A stretch of DNA of 64,000 bases from contig CAXXTB010000001.1 in NCBI GenBank assembly GCA_963676795.2, positions 928,001-992,000 of the forward strand, in the 5' to 3' direction. The notes under the pieces were generated by a model. That model saw only the letters and a program-made list of their open reading frames with translations. It was not told where the DNA came from and made no database searches. The position numbers were made by a program, and so were the translations under genes. Shown piece after piece: positions 10,640 to 22,065 of the stretch; the first letter of the stretch is position 1; each line of letters begins with the position of its first letter. The stretch comes from Geopsychrobacteraceae bacterium (GTDB lineage Bacteria > Desulfobacterota > Desulfuromonadia > Desulfuromonadales > Geopsychrobacteraceae).

Positions 10640-11338
10640 TCAGATCCGTTTGTTGCGTTCGCCGAAGATTGCCGTACCGACCCGGACCAGGGTTGCCCCT
10701 TCTTCGACGGCCACTTCGAAGTCGCCGCTCATTCCCATCGACAGCTCTTTCATTTCGACCTTTGGCAGCTTGAGGGCTGCCAGTTCGTCTCTGAGCTGAC
10801 GCAGCTGGCGGAACCAGGGCCGTACCTCTTCCGGTTCAGCGCTGAACGGCGGGAGGCACATCAGTCCTTTGATTCTGATATTTTCAAGATTTGAAATGTC
10901 TTTTGCGAGTTGAACTAATTTATCTGGTGAGCATCCGGACTTGCTTGACTCATCTCCGAGGTTCACCTGAATCAGAATGTCGACAAATTTTCCCAGTTTT
11001 CTCCACTGCTTGTCGATCTCCTGTGCCAGCGCCAGCCGGTCGACGGAATGGATCATCTCAACCATGCCGCGCAGGTATTTGACCTTGTTGGTCTGCAGCG
11101 CCCCGATGAAATGCCAACTGACCGGAGCCTCAACCTGTTCGGCTTTGTCACAGAATTCCTGGACGTAATTCTCGCCGAACAGTTGCTGGCCGGCGGCGAA
11201 TGCGGCTTCGACCAGCTGTGCCGGCTTGACCTTGGACACGGCGATCAGGTGGACCTCCGCAGGGTTGCGGCCGCTGCGCAGGCAGGCCTGGTCGATACGT
11301 TCACGGATCTGGGCGATATTCACAGCGATCGTATTCAT
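10640..11338 (-). CDS. yggS: PLP homeostasis protein YggS
   Basis: AVSK, FGENYVQE, WHFIGxLQTNK, LSMGMSGD, VRVGTAIFG. Confidence 0.95.
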   Translation of the reverse strand: MNTIAVNIAQIRERIDQACLRSGRNPAEVHLIAVSKVKPAQLVEAAFAAGQQLFGENYVQEFCDKAEQVEAPVSWHFIGALQTNKVKYLRGMVEMIHSVDRLALAQEIDKQWRKLGKFVDILIQVNLGDESSKSGCSPDKLVQLAKDISNLENIRIKGLMCLPPFSAEPEEVRPWFRQLRQLRDELAALKLPKVEMKELSMGMSGDFEVAVEEGATLVRVGTAIFGERNKRI

Positions 11339-11353
11339 CGGGACTCTCCGGGG

Positions 11354-11941
11354 TCAGATGAGCAGCGGAACACCGAGTTCCTTGAGGCTCAGGGTCAGGC
11401 GGCAGAGGGGCAGCCCGACCACGTTGGTGTAGCTGCCTTCAATGGCGGCGACGAAACAGACCCCCAGCCCCTGGATAGCGTAAGAACCGGCTTTGTCGGC
11501 TGGTTCTCCGCTGGCAATGTAGCGCGCGATTTCGTCATCCGTCAAATCGCGGAAGATAACCCTGGTGCTGACCGCTTCGCTGATCTGACGCTGCTCTTTG
11601 CGATCGATAACGGCGAAGCCGGACAGAACCCGGTGCTCACGGCCGGAGAGCTGGCGCAGCATCGCTCTGGCATGGGCCTCATCTTTGGGTTTGCCGAGGA
11701 TCTGGTCACCGAGCAGCACGATGGTGTCGCTGCCGATGAACCAGCGGCCGTCAACTTCGGGGCGCTGCGCGACAGCGGCCGCTTTGCCAAGGCTCAGACG
11801 CACCACATGCTCTTCAGGCGTTTCACCACTTAGCACCGTCTCGTCGATATCGGCCGGAACTACAGCGAAATCAAGGCCGATCTGCTGCAGTAGCTCACGG
11901 CGGCGCGGGGATGTCGAGGCCAGCACGATGCTGTCGGTCAT
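11354..11941 (-). CDS. maf: Maf nucleoside triphosphate pyrophosphatase
   Basis: [32 protein letters not shown]; start overlaps the trmFO stop. Confidence 0.95.
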   Translation of the reverse strand: MTDSIVLASTSPRRRELLQQIGLDFAVVPADIDETVLSGETPEEHVVRLSLGKAAAVAQRPEVDGRWFIGSDTIVLLGDQILGKPKDEAHARAMLRQLSGREHRVLSGFAVIDRKEQRQISEAVSTRVIFRDLTDDEIARYIASGEPADKAGSYAIQGLGVCFVAAIEGSYTNVVGLPLCRLTLSLKELGVPLLI

Positions 11942-13275
11942 TGCACCACTCCCGCTTCGGTCCGGCGCTGCGTGATCGGTTGCCACCACTCGGGGAGCAG
12001 GTTCAGGGCCCGTTCGGCCATAGCCAGACGGCGGTCGGCGCGTTTCATCTTGCGTTCCAGCACAAGCGGTGGAAACAGGCCGTAATTGATGTTCATCGGC
12101 TGGAAGTTCTCACTTTCCGCGTGATTCAGGTGGCCGAGCAAAGCTCCGAAGGCCGTCTCTGCCGGTGGCAGAGGTGCTTTTTCGCCGCGCAGATGGTAGG
12201 CAGCGAAGATTCCGGCAAGGAAACCGCATGCGGCCGATTCAACGTAACCTTCGACACCGCTGACCTGGCCGGCGACAAAGATGTCGGTGCGGGTGTTCAG
12301 CTGCAGTTGCTCGTTGAGACATTTCGGCGCGTTGATGAAGGTGTTGCGGTGCATGCTGCCAAGCCGTGAAAAACGTACGTTTTCCAGCCCCGGAATCATG
12401 CGGAAGATGCGCTTCTGCTCCGGGTAGGTCATGCGGGTTTGAAAGCCAACCAGATTATAGAGTGAGGCGTTCCGGTTGTCCTGACGCAACTGGACGACCG
12501 CATAGGGGAATCTGCCGGTGCGCGGGTCGGCCAGGCCGACCGGTTTCATCGGTCCGAAAGCCAGGGTTTCTGGTCCGCGCGAAGCCATCTCTTCGATCGG
12601 CATGCAGCCTTCGAAGTGGACCAGCTTTTCGAAGTCGCGGGCGGGAACCTTGTCGGCCTTGAGCAGTTCCTCGACGAAAGCATGGTACTGTTCCTTGTCG
12701 AGCGGGCAGTTGATGTAGTCATCCCCCCCCTTGTCATAGCGCGAGGCCCTCCAGGCTTTGGTGAAATCGATCGAGTCGGCTTCGATGATCGGGGCGATCG
12801 CGTCGTAGAAATAGAGGTGCTCGTCACCGGTCAGGGTTTTCAGTTGTTCAGAAAGGCTTGTGGAAGTCAGCGGGCCGCTGGCGAGGATGGTTGTTCCCTC
12901 TTCAGGTAGTTCGGTGACCTCCTTGCGGATGATTTCGATGGCCGGATGCGCGGCGATTTTAGCGCTGATGTAGGCGGAAAAGTCGTCCCGGTCGACGGCC
13001 AGGGCGCCGCCGGCCGGGACGGCCGTCGCGTCGGCCGCTTCAATGAACAGCGAGCCGCAGCGGCGCAGCTCTTCCTTGAGGCAGCCGACGGCATTGTTCA
13101 TGCCACTGCCGCGCAGGCTGTTGGAGCAGACCAGTTCGGCCAGCTTGTCGCTCTGGTGCGCTTCGGAAAAGCGTTCCGGTTTCATTTCGTAGAGGGTGAC
13201 GCTGCACCCTTCCTGGGCTGCCTGCCAGGCTGCTTCGCAGCCGGCCAGTCCGCCACCGATGATCGTGATATGCAT
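11938..13275 (-). CDS. trmFO: tRNA m5U54 methyltransferase TrmFO
   Basis: [34 protein letters not shown]. Confidence 0.96.
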   Translation of the reverse strand: MHITIIGGGLAGCEAAWQAAQEGCSVTLYEMKPERFSEAHQSDKLAELVCSNSLRGSGMNNAVGCLKEELRRCGSLFIEAADATAVPAGGALAVDRDDFSAYISAKIAAHPAIEIIRKEVTELPEEGTTILASGPLTSTSLSEQLKTLTGDEHLYFYDAIAPIIEADSIDFTKAWRASRYDKGGDDYINCPLDKEQYHAFVEELLKADKVPARDFEKLVHFEGCMPIEEMASRGPETLAFGPMKPVGLADPRTGRFPYAVVQLRQDNRNASLYNLVGFQTRMTYPEQKRIFRMIPGLENVRFSRLGSMHRNTFINAPKCLNEQLQLNTRTDIFVAGQVSGVEGYVESAACGFLAGIFAAYHLRGEKAPLPPAETAFGALLGHLNHAESENFQPMNINYGLFPPLVLERKMKRADRRLAMAERALNLLPEWWQPITQRRTEAGVVQ

Positions 13276-13353
13276 AAAAAGTCTCTGTTTGAAAAGCAAA
13301 ACCGGTCAGGCCTGTGGCCTAACCGGTTCAAGGATACCTCAGTTCCGGCTGGT

Positions 13354-15714
13354 TCAGGAACTGCTTTTGGTGGTTTTTTTCGCTGCCGTTTTCCTGACAG
13401 TGGTTTTCTTTGCCGGGGCTTTTTTCGCCGGTTCCTTTTTCTCCGGTGGAATCAGGACCTTCTCCCAGTCACAGTTCTCCTGCGGACAGCGCTGAACCGT
13501 TCCCCAACGCTTGGTGGTCTTGATCTCGGTGACCGGCCAGGAGCACTTCGGACAGCTTTCCGCCTTGGGTGGATTCCACAGTGCGTATTTGCATTGCGGG
13601 TAGCGGTTGCAGGAATAGAAGATCTTGCCGTAGCGGCTCTTCTTTTCCATCAGTTCCCCTTCGCCGCACTGAGGACAGGTGATCTCCATCGATTTCGGTT
13701 TTTCCAGCGGCTGGATGTTCTTGCACTTCGGATAGGCGCTGCAGGCTAGGAACTTGCCGTAGCGTCCCGATTTGATCAGCATCTGGGCGCCGCACTTGTC
13801 ACAGGTCTCTTCAGAGAAGACCGGTTCTTCCGTTTCCTTGTCCTCGCCGTTCAGCGGCTCGGTGTGGCGGCAGTCGGGGAAGCCGCTGCAGGCCAAAAAA
13901 CGTCCCGAACGACCCAGCTTGATGACCAGTTCCTTGCCGCATTCCGGACAGGTCTTGTCGGTCTTCTCGGTAGTGACGTCGGCTTTGCTGACCTCCTGAT
14001 CCTTGCGCCGCAGCAGGGCGATGAACGGATCCCAGAACTGACGGATCGCCGGAATCCAGGCCAGCTCGCCACGAGAGATCGAGTCGAGTTCCTCTTCCAG
14101 CTCGGCAGTGAAGTCGTAATCGACATACTGGCTGAAGTGTTCAGTCAGCAGCTTGGTGACGACCCGGCCGGTATCTTCCGGGAAGAAGGTGCGCTTCTCG
14201 AGGCGCACGTACTTGCGGGTGACCAGGGTGTTCATGATGCTGGCGTAGGTCGACGGGCGACCAATGCCGTACTCTTCCAGGGTCTTGACCAGGCTCGCCT
14301 CGGTAAAGCGCGGTGGCGGCTGGGTGAAGTGCTGCTCGGGGGTGAGCTCCTCCTTCTTGAGATTCTCGCCTTCATTGAGAGCTGGCAGCAGTCCTTCCTG
14401 TTCTTCGTCGTCAGGGGAGTCTGTCCCTTCAATATAGAGCGCCATAAAACCGGGAAAGCGGATCACCTGGCCGGTCGCACGGAAGTTGTAGCGCTCGCCG
14501 GCAGCGATGTCGACGCTGGTCGCATCGAAGATCGCCTGGGTCATCTGCGAGGCGACGGTCCGTTTCCAGATCAGCTCGTAGAGGCGGTACTGATCAGAGG
14601 TCAGGTAAGCCTTGACCTCTTTCGGCAGGCGGGCGATAGAGGTCGGCCTGATCGCTTCGTGGGCCTCCTGGGCGTTCTTGCTCTTGCTTTTGAAGACCCG
14701 CGGCTTCTTCAGGGCAAATTCGTCACCATAATGCTTGCGGATCACCTCTCTCGCCTCATCAGTTGCCTGGGTCGAGAGGGCGACCGAGTCGGTACGCATG
14801 TAGGTGATCAGGCCGTGGGTACCGTCACCAACCTCGATCCCTTCATAGAGCTTCTGGGCGACGGTCATGGTCTTGCGCGCTGAAAAGCCAAGCTTGCGGC
14901 TGGCTTCCTGCTGCAGGGTGCTGGTGGTGAACGGCGGCGCAGGGTTGCGCTTGCGTTCCTTCTTCTCCAGTTTGGCAACCTGGTAGCCGCAGGATTCGAG
15001 CTCGGCCAGAATCGCGTTGGCCTCTGCCTCGGTTGCGATGCCGAATTTGCCGAGGGCCTTGCCGTCACAGCCCTGCAGCTTGGCGTTGAAGCGGCCGCCT
15101 CCTGCCGTGGCGAACAGGCCGTCGATGGTCCAGTATTCTTTCGGCTCGAAGGCTTCGATCTCGTCTTCCCGTTCGCAGATCAGACGCAGGGCGACCGATT
15201 GAACACGTCCGGCAGACAGTCCGTAGCGGATCTTCTTCCACAGGAAAGGGGAGAGGTTGAAGCCGACCAGGTAGTCGAGAACCGAGCGGGCCTGCTGGGC
15301 GTCGACCAGGTTCCTGGCAATCTGACGCGGATGGGCCATCGCTTCGGTGATAGCCGATTCGGTGATTTCGTGAAAGGTGACCCGCTTGACCTCCGGCCTG
15401 GTCCCGTTTTCATTGATCCCGAGTGCCTCAAGCAGGTGCCAGGCAATCGCTTCCCCTTCACGGTCAAGGTCGGTTGCGAGAATCAGTTCGTCGCACTTGG
15501 CGGCTTCCTTTTTCAGCAGGCTGATATGCTTGGCGCTGTCCGGCAGGATATGGTACTTGGGTTCGAAATTGTTGGCGGTGTCGACCGACCCCTGCTTGCT
15601 CGGCAGAGCACGGACGTGGCCGTAGGAGGCAAGGACCTTGTAGCCTTTGCCGAGAAATTTTTCGATGGTTTTTGCTTTTGCTGGCGATTCGACGATAACC
15701 AGTGATTTAGCCAT
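13354..15714 (-). CDS. topA: DNA topoisomerase I
   Basis: VESPAKAKTI, DREGEAI, SAGRVQS, ITYMRTDS, C-terminal Zn ribbons and Lys-rich tail. Confidence 0.98.
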   Translation of the reverse strand: MAKSLVIVESPAKAKTIEKFLGKGYKVLASYGHVRALPSKQGSVDTANNFEPKYHILPDSAKHISLLKKEAAKCDELILATDLDREGEAIAWHLLEALGINENGTRPEVKRVTFHEITESAITEAMAHPRQIARNLVDAQQARSVLDYLVGFNLSPFLWKKIRYGLSAGRVQSVALRLICEREDEIEAFEPKEYWTIDGLFATAGGGRFNAKLQGCDGKALGKFGIATEAEANAILAELESCGYQVAKLEKKERKRNPAPPFTTSTLQQEASRKLGFSARKTMTVAQKLYEGIEVGDGTHGLITYMRTDSVALSTQATDEAREVIRKHYGDEFALKKPRVFKSKSKNAQEAHEAIRPTSIARLPKEVKAYLTSDQYRLYELIWKRTVASQMTQAIFDATSVDIAAGERYNFRATGQVIRFPGFMALYIEGTDSPDDEEQEGLLPALNEGENLKKEELTPEQHFTQPPPRFTEASLVKTLEEYGIGRPSTYASIMNTLVTRKYVRLEKRTFFPEDTGRVVTKLLTEHFSQYVDYDFTAELEEELDSISRGELAWIPAIRQFWDPFIALLRRKDQEVSKADVTTEKTDKTCPECGKELVIKLGRSGRFLACSGFPDCRHTEPLNGEDKETEEPVFSEETCDKCGAQMLIKSGRYGKFLACSAYPKCKNIQPLEKPKSMEITCPQCGEGELMEKKSRYGKIFYSCNRYPQCKYALWNPPKAESCPKCSWPVTEIKTTKRWGTVQRCPQENCDWEKVLIPPEKKEPAKKAPAKKTTVRKTAAKKTTKSSS

Positions 15715-15813
15715 ATTTTCCTCTGAAATCCTGCTCTACCTCATGCGCAACAAGAAACTTCATGGACCTCAAAACAAAAAAGGTTGCGCCATAATTATGT
15801 GCGCAACCCTGTT

Positions 15814-16293
15814 TCAGTGGTAGATACGTGCCCAGTCGTTGTCGAGAAAACAGTCGATTTCCCGGGACCAGAGACTGTTGGAACGAGACAGCAGGGTCAT
15901 AATGGTGATCAGTTTGATCTCCAGTTCGTTGATCGGGTCCTCCGCACTGCGCAGGGCACGATCGATGATTTCTTCTTCAGCCTCGTCACTGAGCAGGCCC
16001 ATGGCGCGGACTTTGACCAGAAAACCACGCGCTTCACGGCTTAAGTGATGCTCTTCCTGACTGCTGAAGATTCGATAACTAGTCGGATTTATAAGCGAAA
16101 TTTCGTCGTCTTCGGGTTCCGTCGGGCGCAGGGCGACCGCTTCCATCCAGGAGAAAGCATCGTCAATCTCCTCCGCCTTGTAGCCGACAGACAAGAGCTC
16201 GGCGACCAGCTCCTGTTCACTGATCGGAGCATCTTCGGCACCGAGAACATATTGGGCAATCAGGTTGACGATTGCCAGAACGCGTTCACGCAC
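15814..16293 (-). CDS. smg: Smg/DUF494 family protein
   Basis: Between dprA and topA; GYxxEEIDDAFSW and RIFSxxE motifs. Confidence 0.8.
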   Translation of the reverse strand: MRERVLAIVNLIAQYVLGAEDAPISEQELVAELLSVGYKAEEIDDAFSWMEAVALRPTEPEDDEISLINPTSYRIFSSQEEHHLSREARGFLVKVRAMGLLSDEAEEEIIDRALRSAEDPINELEIKLITIMTLLSRSNSLWSREIDCFLDNDWARIYH

Positions 16294-16330
16294 GGGAACT
16301 CCATTCGCTTTTCCGTCGATTTTTCAGGCA

Positions 16331-17416
16331 TTAACAACGGACAAAAAAGTCACCGGGAAGGGCCTGAATAACCCCCCGGAGTTCTAGGTCGAGTAAAATA
16401 ACGGAAAGCTCCATAGGAGTCAAGCCGCATTTATGCGCTATTTCATCAGTATGTAATGGGTCGTGACTTAGGAACTGGTAAACTTTCTGAGTTATAGCGT
16501 CTACCCCTTCTATCTGTCTATCAGCAAATTGGCATTGCTGCATAAGAACGTTTCTTGCTGGCCAGAGCAGGTTGATGATGTCGGCGCTTTCAGTCACCAG
16601 AACGGCCCCCTGTTTCAGCAGCCGGTTGGTGCCATTGCTGTTCGGGCTCTGTATCGATCCAGGCATGGCAAACAGTTCTCGCCCCTGTTCCAGGGCAAAG
16701 TCGCCGGTGATCAGAGATCCGCTTTTCTCTGCGGCTTCAACGATCAGAACCCCTTTGCTCAGGCCGCTGATGATCCTGTTGCGGCCCGGGAAGTGTCCAG
16801 GGAAGGGGCGTGTTCCGGGGGGATATTCACTGATGATGGCGTTGTTCTTCAGGATTTCGTTGTAAAGATAGCCATTTTCCGCTGGATAGACCTGATCGAC
16901 GCCGCAACCGAGTACCGCGATTGTCCGGCCGCTGGCCTGCAGGGCTCCGCGGTGGGCGGCACTGTCGATTCCACGAGCCAGTCCACTGACAATACAGATT
17001 CCCTGTCCGGCCAGCTCGCAGGCAAGTTCCTTGGTGATGACCTGACCGGCAGCGGACGCGCGTCGCGAGCCGACAATCGCCAGACATTCTGTGGCGGGCA
17101 GTTGGCCGCGGATATAGAGGACTGCTGGCGGGTCGTAGATCTCCTTGAGCAGTTGCGGGTAGTCCGCGTCCCAGAACGAGCAGATCTTTATTGCGAACTG
17201 ATCTATGGCGGCGAGTGCGCTGAGATAGGCCTTGCTGTTTTCCCCAGGCCGGTTATGAAACAGAGCTTGAGGAATTCCTGCCCGGAGCCAGGCGCGTTCC
17301 GACGCCTGCAGCGCGGCGCTAAATGTTGTGAAGTGCTCATGGATTCTGAACAGGGCGCTACGCCCAAGCTGTGGTGTAAGATGAAGCCTGAGCAGGGCCA
17401 GGTGTTCTGCAGTCAT
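16331..17416 (-). CDS. dprA: DNA-processing protein DprA
   Basis: AIVGSR, SGLARGID, FPGRNRIISGL, C-terminal winged helix. Confidence 0.95.
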   Translation of the reverse strand: MTAEHLALLRLHLTPQLGRSALFRIHEHFTTFSAALQASERAWLRAGIPQALFHNRPGENSKAYLSALAAIDQFAIKICSFWDADYPQLLKEIYDPPAVLYIRGQLPATECLAIVGSRRASAAGQVITKELACELAGQGICIVSGLARGIDSAAHRGALQASGRTIAVLGCGVDQVYPAENGYLYNEILKNNAIISEYPPGTRPFPGHFPGRNRIISGLSKGVLIVEAAEKSGSLITGDFALEQGRELFAMPGSIQSPNSNGTNRLLKQGAVLVTESADIINLLWPARNVLMQQCQFADRQIEGVDAITQKVYQFLSHDPLHTDEIAHKCGLTPMELSVILLDLELRGVIQALPGDFFVRC

Positions 17417-17505
17417 TTTCTTCCCCTCCGATGAAAAGACCTGCCAGCCAAAATAAAACAGGGCTGAAAACTCAGCCCTGTTTCGATCTGCTATGTATAG
17501 GGGGG

Positions 17506-18525
17506 CTATTCGCCGGCCATAGTGACTGTATCGCCGATAAAGGCCGGATTGACGCTCTTGAAGATGATTGCCGAAGAGCTGTGGTCTCTGGCATCGATGA
17601 CGACAGCTGCGCCGAGAACCTCATCCGGAAGCTCAAGGTTGCCGGCCTGCTTGAGCAGCTGGTCGGAAACCTGACGCGGCCGGGAGATATAGAAAAGGTT
17701 GCCGTTGGCGACCCCTTCTTCACGGCCGAGGTTGATGTAGAGGATATCGCCGGATGACAGGGTCGCTTTTTCATCGCGGCTGGCGATGACCAGGCCCTGC
17801 TGGGTCGCTTCGCTCTTGGTCATGACGACATCTTTGTTCAGCGGGGTATACTCGAACAGTTCGGCGCCGCGTTCGATTTCCCGGTAGGACTTGACGATTT
17901 TGGCCGAGACGGTCTCGCCGGTCAGGCCGGTGACCTGGATATAGCCGAGATTCTGCATCTTGGTGCCGACCGCCTTGCCGGTCCGGGGATGTTTGACCTG
18001 CTGGCCGCGCTCGAAGATTCCGTAGGTATCACCGACAGTGACCAGGGAAGGATCTTTCATCTTGATGAAGATCATGTCGTTTTCGGTCAGCAGAACCCGG
18101 TTGTCGACAGAGTCGACGATCAGCCCCAGCGGTATTTCACTGGTCAGGATGAAGCCAGTGCCAGCGCCGCTGGACTTGATGGTGATCAGCTGCTGCTCCG
18201 GATTGACCGCAACCGGCTGCCCCTGATCGAGGGCCTGAGGAGTTTCCGCAGCTTCCCTGTAGGCCGGAATGATTTCAATGCGGCCATCGATGATGCGGAT
18301 CTTCTGGCCCGGGAAAATCAGGTGCGGGTTGGTGATATCGGGGTTGTTGGCCCAGACATTTGGCCAGTAGTAGGGATCATCGATGAAGCGCTTGGAGATG
18401 TCCCACAAGGTGTCCCCCTTTTTGATCGTGTAGATCTGTCCTTCATCTGCGGAGGCGGAAAGCGGACCGACAACCATCGTAAGGAGTGCCAGTAAGGTCA
18501 ACCAGCGAAAAAGTGTCTGTGTCAT
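17506..18525 (-). CDS. Secreted LysM peptidoglycan-binding protein (TsaP-like)
   Basis: Signal peptide; YTIKKGDTLWDIS...NPHLIFPG LysM domain; upstream of dprA. Confidence 0.85.
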   Translation of the reverse strand: MTQTLFRWLTLLALLTMVVGPLSASADEGQIYTIKKGDTLWDISKRFIDDPYYWPNVWANNPDITNPHLIFPGQKIRIIDGRIEIIPAYREAAETPQALDQGQPVAVNPEQQLITIKSSGAGTGFILTSEIPLGLIVDSVDNRVLLTENDMIFIKMKDPSLVTVGDTYGIFERGQQVKHPRTGKAVGTKMQNLGYIQVTGLTGETVSAKIVKSYREIERGAELFEYTPLNKDVVMTKSEATQQGLVIASRDEKATLSSGDILYINLGREEGVANGNLFYISRPRQVSDQLLKQAGNLELPDEVLGAAVVIDARDHSSSAIIFKSVNPAFIGDTVTMAGE

Positions 18526-18553
18526 GTGAGCCCTCTCAAAACGTGGAAAAGCA

Positions 18554-19216
18554 TCAATTCATCATGCTGTTGCTGCGATTCAGGTGCTGCGCTTCCGGAC
18601 TGTCCGGATACTGGCTGGCGAGCTGTTTGAGCAGCTGGTCAGCCTGCAGGGAGTAACCCCGCTGACGATAGACCTGGGCCAGTTGCATCAGGGCCGCCGG
18701 AGCTTTGTTGGAGGCCGCCGGATCGTCGATGATCTGTTTCAGGTTGGTGATGGCCGCTTCGGTTTTTCCCAGAGCGATCTGGGCATTGGCGAGCCAGTAG
18801 CGGGCATTGGCGGCGTACTGGTGGTCAGGGTTCGCGCTCAGAAACTCGGCAAAGCCGGTTTCGGCCGCTTCGACCTTGCCTGAGGCGAGATCGGAAAAGG
18901 CGCTCAGGTAGAGAGCTGCAGAATCTGTTGCCTGCGGAACCATAAGTGCCGGGGCCACTGTGTCCGGGCTGATCCGGTCGGCTTTCGGCATGGCGGCCTG
19001 TGGCTTGCCCTGTTGCAGCAGGATCAGTTGCTGTTGCAGATCGCGCAGCTGGGCTGCCTGAATCTGCTGCTGTTCTTTGATGGTCTCAAGCTGGGATTTC
19101 AGGGCGGTTGACGGCGCCATGGTCATGCTAGTCGGCTGGGCGCAGGAACTGATGAAAATGGCTGCCAGAAGCAGGATTGGTGCGCTTTTCAGTATCGCAA
19201 AGTGATGTGGTTTCAT
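18554..19216 (-). CDS. TPR lipoprotein, YbgF/CpoB-like
   Basis: Lipobox ISSC, coiled coil, ANARYWLA and KAPAALMQL TPR repeats, YPDSPEA. Confidence 0.8.
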   Translation of the reverse strand: MKPHHFAILKSAPILLLAAIFISSCAQPTSMTMAPSTALKSQLETIKEQQQIQAAQLRDLQQQLILLQQGKPQAAMPKADRISPDTVAPALMVPQATDSAALYLSAFSDLASGKVEAAETGFAEFLSANPDHQYAANARYWLANAQIALGKTEAAITNLKQIIDDPAASNKAPAALMQLAQVYRQRGYSLQADQLLKQLASQYPDSPEAQHLNRSNSMMN

Positions 19217-19482
19217 AGTTTTTATTTGTCCATGCGAAAAAAATGCATATCAAGTTAAAAAATTATAGTTTTCTTAACAAGTTGTCAAGTTGCAAAAATG
19301 AGAAACTTCCAAATGTTAGGGGCTGTTCCGAAGATCCTCATGAAGTTTACCCTGTTTTGGCAAATATAGAATCATAATCTTTATTGTGAATTCGTGCTAT
19401 TGCTGCGGAATCTGTTATTGCCGCCCGGGATATAACCTGTGGTATCCTCTGTTTTTTACTTTTACAGGATAGATGGGATTCG

Positions 19483-20712
19483 ATGAGTCGTAACAAAAAC
19501 ATGATCAAGCCGGAACTGCTGGTTCCGGCCGGGGATATGGAAAAACTCAAGACCGCAGTGCGCTTTGGCGCCGATGCTGTCTATCTGGGGACTGAGGAGT
19601 TCGGCCTGCGGGCTCATGCCGGCAATTTCAGTATCGACGCCTTGCGCCAGGCCCGTGAACTGACCCGTGAGGCCGGCGTGCAGCTCTACCTGACCCTCAA
19701 CGCCTCCTTGAGGCCGGACGAATTCTGCGCGTTGGAGACTCTGCTCGAAGAGCTCCGGCCGATCGATCTCGATGCCTACATCGTTGCCGATCCGGGGGCC
19801 CTGGCGACCATCCGTATGGTCGATCCGCAGCGGCCCGTTCATCTTTCGACCCAGAGCAACAACTGTAACCCGCGGGCGGCTGAGTTCTGGCGTCAGAACG
19901 GGGTCAGTCGTATCAACCTGGCCCGCGAGCTGACCCTCGATGATATCCGTGCCTTTGCCGGCGCCACCCAGCTTGAACTGGAATGTTTTGTCCATGGCGC
20001 GATGTGCGTGGCGCATTCGGGGCGTTGTCTGCTGTCGGCGGCGTTACTGCAGCGCAGCGCCAACCGGGGCGATTGCGCTCAGCCCTGCCGCTGGAATTAT
20101 TCTCTCGTTGAACAGACGCGGCCGCAGGAGAACTTCTCGATCGAAGAGGACAGCCGTGGCAGCTACATCATGAATAGCCGCGATCTCTGCCTGATCGACC
20201 AGCTTCCAGAACTGATGGCGGCCGGGGTTGACAGTTTCAAGATCGAAGGGCGGATGAAGAGTCTCTACTACGTCGCCACGGTGGCCAGGGTCTATCGCGA
20301 TGCCATCGATCGCCTGTTCGCCGATCCGCAGGATCATGATCCGCTCTGGCGCGAAGAGCTGGAAAAGGTCAGCCACCGCCCCTACGACAGCGGCTTTCTG
20401 CTCGGTATGGACGATGTCAAGATTCATGCCGCGGACACCCATTATATCCGGACCCATGATTTTGTCGGTTTCGTCCGCAGCGGTGAGACGGGGCTCTGGG
20501 TGGAGGGGCGCAACCGCTTTCTGCTCGGTGATGAACTGGAGCTGATCGGACCTGGCATGCGTCAGGAAAAATTCCCCGTTACTGAAATCCGCTCCCTGAA
20601 GGGGGAGCTTCTTTCGGCCGGGCAGCCGAATTCCCAGTTGTTGCTCGATCTGCCGGGGTGGGCCAGCGCAGGCGACCTGTTGCGCAGGAAACGCCCGGAG
20701 GGGGCTGCGTGA
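19483..20712 (+). CDS. U32 peptidase family (TrhP-like tRNA hydroxylation protein)
   Basis: PELLVPAG, HGAMCVAHSGRC, CAQPCRW, FKIEGR. Confidence 0.9.
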   Translation: MSRNKNMIKPELLVPAGDMEKLKTAVRFGADAVYLGTEEFGLRAHAGNFSIDALRQARELTREAGVQLYLTLNASLRPDEFCALETLLEELRPIDLDAYIVADPGALATIRMVDPQRPVHLSTQSNNCNPRAAEFWRQNGVSRINLARELTLDDIRAFAGATQLELECFVHGAMCVAHSGRCLLSAALLQRSANRGDCAQPCRWNYSLVEQTRPQENFSIEEDSRGSYIMNSRDLCLIDQLPELMAAGVDSFKIEGRMKSLYYVATVARVYRDAIDRLFADPQDHDPLWREELEKVSHRPYDSGFLLGMDDVKIHAADTHYIRTHDFVGFVRSGETGLWVEGRNRFLLGDELELIGPGMRQEKFPVTEIRSLKGELLSAGQPNSQLLLDLPGWASAGDLLRRKRPEGAA

Positions 20713-21950
20713 AGATCGGATTGCTCTGTTTCTACCTGCTGATCGTGGTCTTGCGCTTCGGGCTGGACTGGTTGAACCTCAAGCATCGCCAAAACCGGAA
20801 AAGCGAACTTCCTCCCCTGTTCAAAGAACAGATCGATCAGGAAAGGATGAACAGAAGTGACGCTTATTCCCTGGCCGGGGACAAGCTTGGCTTTGTGGAA
20901 GAGGCGTTTGGCGTCGTTGTGACCCTGGTGTTTCTGTTTGGCGGAATTCTACCCTGGTACGATCGGTTGATCGGCACCCTGAGCGATTCTTTTGTGCTTT
21001 CCAGTCTCTGCTCCTTTGCCGCTCTGCTACTGGTTCAGGGCCTGCTCGGACTGCCTTTTTCCCTTTATCGTAACTTTGTCCTCGAAGAGCGCTTCGGTTT
21101 CAACCGGATGAGTTTCAAGCTCTGGTGTTTCGATCTGATCAAGGGGCTGCTGGTCGGTGTTCCCGTCTTCCTGGTTCTGTGCGGCGGGGGCCTGCTGCTG
21201 GTCGCCCTGTTGCCGAACAGCTGGTGGCTGTGGGTCTGGCTGCTCTGGGCGCTGGTTTCGCTGTTCCTGATCTATCTCTCCCCCTATCTGATCGAGCCGC
21301 TCTTTTACAAGTTTTCACCCTTGACCAGGGAGTCCCTGGATCATGAGGTCAGGGCTCTTCTCCAGCGCGTCGGCATCGAGGCCGGTCAGGTCCTGCAGGT
21401 TGACGCTTCGAAACGGAGCGGCCACAGTAACGCCTATTTTACCGGGATCGGCAAGGTCAAACGGGTGGTGCTCTTCGATACTCTGCTCGAACAGCTCGAT
21501 GATCAGGAAATCCTCGCGGTGCTGGCTCATGAGCTCGGGCACTGGCGCTGCGGCCATCTGTGGAAACATCTGGTCAAAAGCCAGCTGGTGATTCTCGGTT
21601 GCTGTCTGCTCGCTTTCTGGCTGTTGCGGTTGCAGATTCTGCCGGGCTGGTTGGGCCTGGAACAGCTGTCGTTTGCCGGTCAGCTGCTTGTGCTGATCTG
21701 GTTGGAAATGCAGATCGGGTTTTTCTGGAAGCCGGTCAGCAGCTGGTTGTCCAGGCGTCAGGAACGGCAGGCCGATAACTTTGCCATCGATCTTATCGGT
21801 CATGGTCAGAGTCTGGCCAGCGGGCTGGTCAAGCTGGCCAGAGAAAACCTGAGCAACCTGTTTCCGCATCCGCTCTATGTCGCTTTCTACTTTTCTCATC
21901 CGGCGCTGCTTGAGCGGGTTGAGCAATTGGAGAGGGGTGGGCAGCGCTGA
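20709..21950 (+). CDS. M48 (Ste24-like) membrane metallopeptidase
   Basis: SNAYFTG, AHELGH zinc motif, SHP; GTG start overlaps the upstream stop. Confidence 0.9.
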   Translation: MKIGLLCFYLLIVVLRFGLDWLNLKHRQNRKSELPPLFKEQIDQERMNRSDAYSLAGDKLGFVEEAFGVVVTLVFLFGGILPWYDRLIGTLSDSFVLSSLCSFAALLLVQGLLGLPFSLYRNFVLEERFGFNRMSFKLWCFDLIKGLLVGVPVFLVLCGGGLLLVALLPNSWWLWVWLLWALVSLFLIYLSPYLIEPLFYKFSPLTRESLDHEVRALLQRVGIEAGQVLQVDASKRSGHSNAYFTGIGKVKRVVLFDTLLEQLDDQEILAVLAHELGHWRCGHLWKHLVKSQLVILGCCLLAFWLLRLQILPGWLGLEQLSFAGQLLVLIWLEMQIGFFWKPVSSWLSRRQERQADNFAIDLIGHGQSLASGLVKLARENLSNLFPHPLYVAFYFSHPALLERVEQLERGGQR

Positions 21951-22065
21951 ATAAAAAAATGGCGCGCCGACCAGGAGGGGATAAGTCAGCACGCCAAAGT
22001 TTGTTGCCATGAATAAACTTTACCTTATTGCTCAGGTATTTTCAAGCGGGAGCCGATATTTTCTT